DNA of 60,284 nucleotides from an uncultured Alphaproteobacteria bacterium (GTDB lineage Bacteria; Pseudomonadota; Alphaproteobacteria; RF32; CAG-239): NCBI GenBank assembly GCA_944393715.1, contig CALYBB010000039.1, positions 1 to 60,284 of the forward strand, read 5' to 3'. Shown piece by piece: positions 9,777 to 17,400 of this stretch (position 1 is its first letter; each line of letters starts with the position of its first letter). The notes under the pieces were generated by a model. It saw only the letters and a program-made list of their open reading frames with translations, ran no database searches and was not told where the DNA came from. The position numbers and the translations under genes were made by a program.

Positions 9777-10913
9777 ATGGCCGAAGAAGAAGGAATCAGA
9801 AAAAAACAAACGTCAAAATCGCTGCAATCGGCGATGCGCAAGCTAAACAAGGTGGAAGAATATTATGCCCGCCTGATTATTCAGTTTTCAAACAAAACGA
9901 GGCTCAAAGTTTATCGCAAAATTGCCTCGTTGATGCGCAACCGTTTTTCGTTGATGGATGCTTTAGACATGTTGCACGACGGCGCCTCAAACGGCGGCAA
10001 AAACCCCGGTGAACCCTTGGCGATTGCCATTGCCGCCTGGGGGCGCTCGCTCAACAACGGTAAAACTTTTTCCGAGGCCCTAAAAGGCTGGGCGCCGGAC
10101 CGCGAACGCCTGATGCTTTCGGTGGGCGATGTGTCAGACCTCGAGGGCGCGCTGATGAACCTGATCAAGGTAACCGAGGGCACCACCAAGATGATTCGCC
10201 CGATTATCGGCGCCATATCATACCCGAGCTTTCTGATGATGATGGCGGTGTTGATTATTTACGCCATCGGCGTATACATGGTGCCGCCGATGATTGACGC
10301 GGCGCCAAACGTTGTCTGGCGTGGGCTGGCCAAAGATCTGGTTGATCTCTCGGGCTGGATTAAAGACAACTGGCTGATAGCGTTTAGCTCTTTGCCTGTC
10401 ATTATGCTGACAATTTATTTTACCATCAGCATATGGACGGGCAGGATTCGCGCAGCGTTTGATGCTATTCCGCCATGGTCGTTGTACAAAAGCTTTGTCG
10501 GCATCAGCTGGCTGCTGGCGATGGCGGCTCTGGTCAAGGGCGGCACGCCGGTTTCAACCGCGATGCGTGCGTTGCGCCGCGATGCCACCCGTTATCTCAG
10601 GGAGCGGATTGACAAGACACTGGTCTTTATCAACAACGGCGACAACTTAGGTCAGGCTCTGGCCAAAACCAAGCTCAACTTTCCGGACAAAGAGTTGATT
10701 GATGACCTGAAGATTTATTCCGAGCTGGACAATTTTGAAGAGGCGCTGGACAATCTGGCCAACGAATGGCTGGAAGAATCAGTCTACTCGATTGAAGAAA
10801 AGGCCGGCTTGCTGAACATGGTGGCGCTGTTGTCAATCGGTGCGGTGATTGCTTGGGCGGTTATGGGCACTTTCGATATGCAAGACCAGATTACCAGCAG
10901 CATGGGAACTTAA
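9777..10913 (+). CDS. pilR: GspF/PilC-family inner-membrane platform protein (R64 PilR-like)
   Basis: The 378-aa size, three hydrophobic segments (PSFLMMMAVLIIYAIGVYMV, LIAFSSLPVIMLTIYFTISIW, LLNMVALLSIGAVIAWAVMG) and a duplicated helical cytoplasmic domain fit the family. It lies directly after the ATPase gene. Confidence 0.8.
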   Translation: MAEEEGIRKKQTSKSLQSAMRKLNKVEEYYARLIIQFSNKTRLKVYRKIASLMRNRFSLMDALDMLHDGASNGGKNPGEPLAIAIAAWGRSLNNGKTFSEALKGWAPDRERLMLSVGDVSDLEGALMNLIKVTEGTTKMIRPIIGAISYPSFLMMMAVLIIYAIGVYMVPPMIDAAPNVVWRGLAKDLVDLSGWIKDNWLIAFSSLPVIMLTIYFTISIWTGRIRAAFDAIPPWSLYKSFVGISWLLAMAALVKGGTPVSTAMRALRRDATRYLRERIDKTLVFINNGDNLGQALAKTKLNFPDKELIDDLKIYSELDNFEEALDNLANEWLEESVYSIEEKAGLLNMVALLSIGAVIAWAVMGTFDMQDQITSSMGT

Positions 10914-10934
10914 AACCAACAGGGATGACAAACG

Positions 10935-11540
10935 ATGAAACAGGTGTTTTTGGGAATTAAGCGCATATTTTTGGCCTATCTGCCGTGGCAGAGCCGTCGG
11001 GGGAAGATCGTTATGGCGGCGGCCGCAGGGATTATGGTTTTGGTTTTGGCGGCGATACTCTTGGTTCGCGGCCAGGAGAACGTTGGCGCGCGCGAAGCCG
11101 GCGCGCAGATTGCCCGACTGGCGCAAAACATCCGCAACCGCTATCAAACACGGCCGGACTATTGGGGACTGAGCACGGCGGAAGTCATCCGCCAAAAGAT
11201 GAATCCCTTAAGCATGGCGGTTGAGGACGGCCGGCTTAAAGGCTACTTCGGCAACGAGGTTCAGGTCGGCGCCGACGCCAAAGGCACAGCTGTTATGCCG
11301 ACGGGACGCACGTTTGTTATTGCCTACAACGGGCTCAACCGCCGGCAGTGCGTGGCTCTGGCCGCCAACAAGGCCGACCCCGCCTTTTGGCTCGGGGTCG
11401 AAGGCATGAGCATCGCCAACGACAAGGCGGAACAGTTGTTTGACTGGAGCACCAAAGAGCTTGTTTTACCCACAAGTGCAGAACAAGCAAAAAAATATTG
11501 TCAAAGAGACAATAATCGTGTTATTTTCTTATTCAAATAA
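10935..11540 (+). CDS. Pilin-like (PilS-domain-like) protein with non-canonical N-terminus
   Basis: The N-terminal hydrophobic helix is IVMAAAAGIMVLVLAAILLV. The segment IARLAQNIRNRYQTRPDYWGLS parallels ITMLLMNIRTAYATSPSYSGLN of the neighbouring prepilin. NGLNRRQCVALA parallels ADLGREACLSLV. No Gly(-1)/Glu(+5) processing motif is present. Confidence 0.45.
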   Translation: MKQVFLGIKRIFLAYLPWQSRRGKIVMAAAAGIMVLVLAAILLVRGQENVGAREAGAQIARLAQNIRNRYQTRPDYWGLSTAEVIRQKMNPLSMAVEDGRLKGYFGNEVQVGADAKGTAVMPTGRTFVIAYNGLNRRQCVALAANKADPAFWLGVEGMSIANDKAEQLFDWSTKELVLPTSAEQAKKYCQRDNNRVIFLFK

Positions 11541-11639
11541 GAAAATATTTACCACTAATTAAGAACTTTGTCTTAAAATACAGGCAATAATATGACTAAA
11601 GGCATAGTCGTTCGACAGCCGATATGACTAATGACAGGG

Positions 11640-11668
11640 TTGCCCGAGGGAAGGTTCTTTGCTAAGAT
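11640..11668 (+). promoter_or_regulatory. Candidate sigma70-type promoter for the major pilin gene
   Basis: TTGCCC (11640-11645), a 17-nt spacer, then TAAGAT (11663-11668), about 40 nt upstream of the pilin start. It is preceded by two copies of ATATGACTAA (11590-11599 and 11622-11631). Confidence 0.35.
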
Positions 11669-11709
11669 GAAACTATACAAACGGCAATTTTATGTTGAGG
11701 AGAAAAACA

Positions 11710-12315
11710 ATGACTATTTTATCAAGAACTGAGCAAAAGGGCCGTTCGATGGTGGAGATGCTGGGCGTTCTGGCGATTATCGGCGTGTTATCCGTCGGCG
11801 GTATTTCGGGTTATTCAAAAGCCATGGCCAAATACAAACTGACCAAAGCGCAAGACCAAATCACAATGTTGCTGATGAACATTCGTACCGCTTATGCCAC
11901 CAGCCCGAGTTATAGTGGGTTGAATAATAGTGTTGCAACATCTTTTAACATTGCTCCGTCAGATATGGTTACCGATGCAAACGCAGGCACTATGAACGGT
12001 GCGTTCGGTGGGGCGGTTACGGTTGGCTCATGTGATACGAAAAATGCTCCTTGTGCGACTGTCCAAGCTACTGCTGATTCAGAATCTTATTTCTTTATTA
12101 CAATGGCAGATCTTGGTCGTGAGGCTTGCTTATCTTTGGTAACCTCTGACTGGGGTTCTGACGGTATGGTCGGCATGAGCGTTGGTGGTTCGGGCATTAC
12201 AGCAAGTAATCTGCCTTTACCTCTTACTGGTGGTGCTAATAACCTCGATGCCAATACTTTATGTAAGCCTGGTGCTAATCAACAAGGAACAGATGTTTCC
12301 TGGGTTTATTACTAA
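11710..12315 (+). CDS. pilS: Type IV (IVb-like) prepilin, major pilin candidate
   Basis: GAGGAG (11697-11702) lies 7 nt before the ATG at 11710. The leader MTILSRTEQKG is followed by RSMVEMLGVLAIIGVLSVGGISGY, which gives Gly at -1 and Glu at +5 and a hydrophobic alpha1-N helix. Cys pairs occur in the C-terminal half. A terminator follows. Confidence 0.85.
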   Translation: MTILSRTEQKGRSMVEMLGVLAIIGVLSVGGISGYSKAMAKYKLTKAQDQITMLLMNIRTAYATSPSYSGLNNSVATSFNIAPSDMVTDANAGTMNGAFGGAVTVGSCDTKNAPCATVQATADSESYFFITMADLGREACLSLVTSDWGSDGMVGMSVGGSGITASNLPLPLTGGANNLDANTLCKPGANQQGTDVSWVYY

Positions 12316-12341
12316 ACCGGATGTCAACCCACTCCTCAAAA

Positions 12342-12371
12342 CTTGCCGGCTCAACACCGGCAAGTTTTTTT
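12342..12371 (+). terminator. Rho-independent terminator after the pilin gene
   Basis: Stem CTTGCCGG (12342-12349) / CCGGCAAG (12357-12364), a 7-nt loop, then T7 (12365-12371). Confidence 0.75.
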
Positions 12372-12404
12372 GTGTGCGCGGATGTTTTAAATTGTCATAC
12401 CGCC

Positions 12405-12901
12405 GAACACTCATTTAAACTGTCATTCCTCCGAGGCCTTTGGCGCACCCAAACAATGTCATCGCCTGAGCGCAGCGAAGGATCTATTTCTTACCGTCAT
12501 GTTGAGCGTAAGCGAAACATCTCTTTAAGAATAAGATTCTTCGTCGCAACAGCTCCTCAGAATGACCTGAAACGCGTCATCCTGAGTGTTTCTTTTCCTG
12601 TCATCCTGAGCGCCCTTTATTGTCATCCTGATCTTTTCCTGTCATCCTGAGCGCAGCGAAGGATCTATTTCTTACCGTCATGTTGAGCGTAAGCGAAACA
12701 TCTCTTTAAGAATAAGATTCTTCGTCGCTATCGCTCCTCAGAATGACCTAAAACGCGTCATCCTGAGCGCCCTTTATTGTCATCCTGAGCGCCCTTTATT
12801 GTCATCCTGATCTTTTCCTGTCATCCTGATCTTTTCCTGTCATCCTGAGCGCAGCGAAGGATCTAAGAGATTCTTCGTCGCTATCGCGCCTCGAGGATGA
12901 C
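12405..12901. repeat. Cluster of REP/MITE-like palindromic repeats built on the motif GTCATCCTGAGCG(C)AGCGAAGGATCT
   Basis: Two ~107-bp near-identical elements lie at 12458-12566 and 12641-12747. Each has imperfect terminal inverted repeats (GTCATCCTGAGCGCAGCGAAGGATCT ... AGATTCTTCGTCGC..GCTCCTCAGAATGAC) around a third diverged motif copy. A 63-bp hairpin version lies at 12839-12901. Between them are tandem ~19-22-bp units TGTCATCCTGA(GCGCCCTTTAT / TCTTTTCC). Confidence 0.9.
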
Positions 12902-13125
12902 TTTTCCTTACATCATCCGTGAGGCGATTCTTTTCGCCTTTTGCCCAAAAAACAGTCGTTTACATTTTTTTAAGCTCTGTGAATTTTTTGTTACAGCAAC
13001 TTTTTATAAGCATAAACAATATGTTAACCAATTTATGCTAGTGTCGTTTTTGCTGGCAAAATCTGCCAAAATTAGGTATCCTAAAAGAGTATATTAAGTT
13101 TTGCAAAATTTAAAAAAGGAGAACG

Positions 13126-13470
13126 ATGATGCAATTTCTTAAAAACAATATCTGGACGTTGTGCCTGGTTGCCTTGTTCGGCCTGTTTGCTTTCACCGGC
13201 GATGCGGCCGCTCAGGGTTCGGTTATGGAACTCGGTAAAACCAAAGCATTAAACGTCTTCACTGCCGTTAAGACGATTATTTTCGTTGTCGGCGGTTTTG
13301 GTTTGGTCGGTATTGCGTTTGCCGCAATTTTTGGCAAAATCAACTGGAAGTGGTTTGCGGCTCTGGCTGTCGGCTTGGCGATTTTGGCTGCGGCTGGTTC
13401 TATCGTCAACTACGCAACCGGTGAAAATATGTCCGGTTTTGAGGATTCGTTCCAGTCGGCCGCGGCATAA
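13126..13470 (+). CDS. virB2: VirB2/TrbC-like T4SS pilin (paralogue 1, 114 aa)
   Basis: AAGGAG precedes the ATG. The signal peptide ends at DAAAQG. Two hydrophobic helices (VKTIIFVVGGFGLVGIAFAAIFG and FAALAVGLAILAAAGSIV) are separated by the basic/aromatic loop KINWKW. Size and topology are typical of VirB2. It is the first gene of the T4SS block. Confidence 0.75.
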   Translation: MMQFLKNNIWTLCLVALFGLFAFTGDAAAQGSVMELGKTKALNVFTAVKTIIFVVGGFGLVGIAFAAIFGKINWKWFAALAVGLAILAAAGSIVNYATGENMSGFEDSFQSAAA

Positions 13471-13492
13471 GCTCGCAGCATAAGGGCGGTTA

Positions 13493-13518
13493 GGCTCCGG
13501 AGTTTCGGCTCCGGAGCC
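13493..13518 (+). other. GC-rich stem-loop immediately after virB2 paralogue 1 (possible attenuator or RNA-stability element)
   Basis: GGCTCCGGAG (13493-13502) / CTCCGGAGCC (13509-13518), a perfect 10-bp stem with a 6-nt loop. No T-tract follows, so it is not a classical terminator. Confidence 0.4.
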
Positions 13519-13618
13519 GCCGCCAAAAAACACGGTTTGGGCTTGTTTTTACATCACGAATATCTCAAGGGCGCAAAAACAAACTCAAAAGAGCAGACAA
13601 ACAATCAGGGAGGGCGTC

Positions 13619-14404
13619 ATGATAAACTTTAAGAACATGGTCAAAGTGTTGCTGCTAGCCTTGTTTGTCTGTGTCTGGAGTAGCACCGCGCTGGCGGAAA
13701 ATAAGGGAAATATCATCTACGGAGACACCAGCAACAACATCAATACGACGGATCCGTCAAAACCGAATTATATGCCATACGCAACCCCTCTGATAACTTA
13801 TGTGGAAAAAGGGGAACCAACCAAAACAGAAACACCCCAAGAGGCCGTTAAGAGCACCGGCGCCGGTGGCGGCACCACCAATGCCAATTTTTGCACCACC
13901 GATTTTGGCATTTTCAGCGATCTTTTAAACACCGGAACCCTGATTTTTAAGCGTCTGCGCGATCTGATTTATGTTGTTGCCGGTTTTGGCATTATCGCCG
14001 TGGCGGTAGGCGGCTTTTTTGGCAACCTAAACTGGAAGTGGCTTGGCGCCATTGTTATATCGCTGGTGGTAATTGCCACGGCTGGCGAGCTGATTGTGCT
14101 CATGACCGGCTGTACGAGTTATGACGCAAAACTAATTACCAACACTTTGTCTAATGCCTCGGCCATGCGAACCTTGAGCACAGAAGAATACAACAAACTC
14201 TATACGGAAGAAGTCAAGACCGACGGCGCCGCTAAGGCAAAATTGGATAATTGGTGGGACGGATATGATGTCCAATCGACCCCTTCCGCCGGACAATCGG
14301 CAGCGCCGGCCGCGGATAGTGCAGCGGGGGATAAGGCTGCCACAGCCGAAAAGACCGAAGCCGGCGGAGAAAAACCGGCAGCGGCCGCTGAGGGCAATTC
14401 ATAA
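13619..14404 (+). CDS. VirB2-like paralogue 2 (261 aa) with N- and C-terminal extensions
   Basis: GGGAGGG serves as RBS. The signal peptide is VWSSTALA. The core LIYVVAGFGIIAVAVGGFFGNLNWKWLGAIVISLVVIATAGELIVLMTG aligns with paralogue 1 and shares the NWKW loop. The C-terminal tail is Ala/Glu/Lys-rich. Confidence 0.65.
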   Translation: MINFKNMVKVLLLALFVCVWSSTALAENKGNIIYGDTSNNINTTDPSKPNYMPYATPLITYVEKGEPTKTETPQEAVKSTGAGGGTTNANFCTTDFGIFSDLLNTGTLIFKRLRDLIYVVAGFGIIAVAVGGFFGNLNWKWLGAIVISLVVIATAGELIVLMTGCTSYDAKLITNTLSNASAMRTLSTEEYNKLYTEEVKTDGAAKAKLDNWWDGYDVQSTPSAGQSAAPAADSAAGDKAATAEKTEAGGEKPAAAAEGNS

Positions 14405-14457
14405 GGGCAGCCGAAAGCGCGCCCTTGCGGACAGAGTATAATTAAGAGGAGGAAGCC

Positions 14458-17400
14458 ATGTTAAATTTATCTAAAATAAGCAGGGTGATTCTGATTTCCG
14501 GAATACTTATGGCTTTCTCCGGTGCCTTTTTGCAGATTCCGGCCTATGCCGCCGACGATTCCGCCGCGTCTGAGCAAAAAAGCCGCGCGCAAAAAAAAGC
14601 CGACAAAGCGGCCGCAGAGGCAAAAGAAACCCAAGATGCTTATGATAAAATTGTCGGTGGCGGTTCGGTAACCACATACACAACAAACGGCAGAACAACC
14701 GGCGTCAAAACATCAGGCAGCGAAGCTTCTCAGTGGGAAACAGCATTAATTGATAAAAATAAGGCCCAGGAAGACTACACAAAAGCTTCCACCGCCTACA
14801 ACCGTTGCGTTGCCGAAAAAGGAGCCGCGGCTTGTTCGGCCGAAAAACAAGCTCTGGACGAAAAGCTGGACAGTCTGAATTCTGCCACCAAAGATTATAA
14901 CAAAGCTCAGGAAGAAGCCACCGATGCATATTATGAGAACAAAGTAGCGCAGGAAAAAGCCGAAAAAGCGGCCAAAAAAGCCGAAGAAAAACAGCTGAAA
15001 GCCGATCAAAAAGAGCTTAAAAACGCCGAAAAAGATTTGGAAAAAGCTCAAAAGAAGCTGAAAAAATGTCAAGAAGACGGGGGTGATTGCTCCGCAGAAC
15101 AAGCAGCCGTAACAGCGGCTCAGGACAGCGTCTCGTCGGCCCAGCAAAAAGTTGATTCCCACAACACCGCCTCCGACACAACGGCAGACAACACAGAGCT
15201 TGGCAAGTTGCAGCAAAAATTTACACAAGCCGGAGATGATCACGGCAAACAGGTTGATGCCGCAAAACAGCTGCAAACCTACATGAAAGACAAAGAAGAA
15301 GCCGCCGATGCCGCCGATGCCGAGTGCGAGCGCTATAGCGCCATGACCTCCAGCGATGCCCGCGACAAAGCCAAAGAAGCCTGTGCCAATGCCATCACCC
15401 TGCGCAAAGAAGCCGATGCCGCGCGTGTAGCCTATGAGGCGGCGATGGAAAAGGTCGGCAGCCTCGGCGGGGTTGACAGCGCCCAAAGAGGACTGAAAGA
15501 AGCTGAGGCTCAAACCGGCAGCTATGGCGTTATTGATATTTCAAAGAGCCGTCAGATTGGCGACAGCGGCCCTTATAGTCTTGCCGGCTACAAATCACAA
15601 TATTTTGAGTATAACGCCGGCGGCGACGTTTTTGACAAAGTAACGCGCCGCGCCGCTCTGGCCGTTGTTACCTTAAAGCCGATTGTCTATATTTTTGCCG
15701 GCTTTGGCCTGATTGCTTTTGCTTGGATGGCCATTTTCAACAAGCTAAGCTGGAAATGGTTTGCCAACATTGCCATGGGGCTGTTTTTGGTTGCCAACAT
15801 GGGGCGCCTGATTGAATACTTTGTAACGGACGAAGGCGGGGCATACTATATCGGCATTTGGGATGACAACACCAGAAAATCTTCCAAACGTGCCGATATT
15901 CGCTTAGCCAACGCCTTTGCCGATGTTTATTATGTCTATGGCGATACCACGGACAGAGAAATCGGTATCCGAATGTTTAGCGAGGCCGCAAAAGCGGCCG
16001 GAGGCAAAACCACGGAAGAATTCAAACCTTCTGCCGCCGGATTCTGTCAAAGCACCAGCGGCTCGGGGTGGGCAAACTTCACTTCTTGTGTTAAAGATAT
16101 TGTCTCGACGGCCAAAAAGGTTGCCAACACGGTTCAGACGGTTGCTTCAACGGCTCAGGACATCTATGCCCGCTATGAAACAGTCAAAGACAGCGTCTCC
16201 AATATCAAACAGGCGGTTGAGTCAATGAAAGGTTCCGGTTTGTCAGGGATCATCTCCGGCACCGGCAATATCCTCAATAATGTTAACTCGGCTGTTTCAA
16301 CCACAACCGGCGCGGTCGGTTCGTTGACCAATACGGCCTCGTCCGTTTCCAACAATATTCAGGATATGGGCAAGAGCGTGGCACAGCAGCAAGAGCTCCA
16401 AGATCGCCGCAATCTGGGCGAAGCGACCAACGCCTTTGATGCCATGCTCAAAGGTCAGGAGTGGAACGAAACCACCCACGGCGTCGAAAATGTTGACGGC
16501 GATTGGGCTTCTAAGGGCAATATCATAACGCAGGTGCAGAGTGTTGCCAAAGATGTCGGCAGCAAGGCCGGCGAGCTTAACAGCAGTGTCCAAAGCGGTT
16601 TGACTCAGGCCGGAAAGGTGGTTGATACCGTAGAAAACTTCTCAATCGGCGGCAGCAAGAGTATTAATGAAAAACGTCAGGAAAAACGGGAAAAAGAAGC
16701 TGCCGAAAAGCACCAAAGAGAACTCGAGGCCGAAGCCGCGGAATTCGCCGCTAGCAACGCCGGCAAAAACCAGAGCTATCGCCAGCAGTCCAATGTAACC
16801 AATAATTTATACGACGCCGTCCAATCGCAGGAATGGGAAGTCTCACAGCTGACCAGCCAGCAACAAAGCGCCCAAGAGGCTGTTTCGCAAAACTGTAGCG
16901 GCAGCAATGATAATTCGGCTTTGTGTCAAGCAGCGCGCGGCAGCCTTAATGCCGTAGAGGCGGCGCTTAACAGCAAAAAAACACAGCTGGAACAAACGCG
17001 GCAAGACTATGATGCCGCCAAAGAAGAGCTGGATAAAAAATATAACGAAGCGCTGGAAAGCAACATCAACGAGGCTCAAAAGACCTATGATGAGATTTCG
17101 GCCGCGGCAGATGACCTCTGTGCCTCAAATCCCAGCAGCGCAGAGTGTGCCGAAGCGCGCAAAAAGACTATTGAGGCCGCCAATCAGTTGATGAAATACA
17201 CCAGCGAAAAAGAAAAAGGCACCGATGACAGCCGCTATGAAACCAAAGAAGACGTTGTAAACAATTTGGTCGAAGATCTAAAAGAACGAGAAAACCAAAA
17301 AACGGAGCAACTCTTGGAGTATGAAGAAGAGCAGCAGCAAAATTTGCTCAAAAACGAGGGCGCTTACGCCGATCAGGAATATAAAACGACTATGGACGAG

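Noticed and set aside
12321..12650. 109-aa + strand ORF (MSTHSSKLAG...) downstream of the pilin gene
   Set aside because: It reads straight through the pilin terminator and the palindromic repeat cluster. Its peptide segments (SPERSEGS, VILSALYCHPD) are translations of the repeat motif. There is no RBS.
12577..12860. Possible CRISPR array suggested by the regularly recurring GTCATCCTGA units
   Set aside because: The units are only ~19-22 bp from start to start and have no unique spacers of CRISPR length. The intervening sequences themselves repeat (GCGCCCTTTAT / TCTTTTCC). No cas genes are present. The pattern fits REP/minisatellite-type repeats instead.
13054..13068. TGGCA-N5-TGCCA upstream of virB2 as a sigma54 (-24/-12) promoter
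   Set aside because: The GG-to-GC spacing is about two nt shorter than the TGGCAC-N5-TTGC consensus, and the second half is TGCCA, not TTGC. It is more simply a short palindrome. I did not call it as a feature.
14746..15513. 255-aa minus-strand ORF antisense to the giant VirB2-domain gene; likewise 21698..22249, 24456..25028, 28932..29456, 51138..51875 and 51823..52596
   Set aside because: All lie antisense to long + strand genes with clear signal peptides and domains. Their products are low-complexity (F/L/G-, P- or R-rich) mirror images of GAA/AAA/GCC-rich or GGC/AGC-rich coding sequence. None has an RBS or a recognisable motif.
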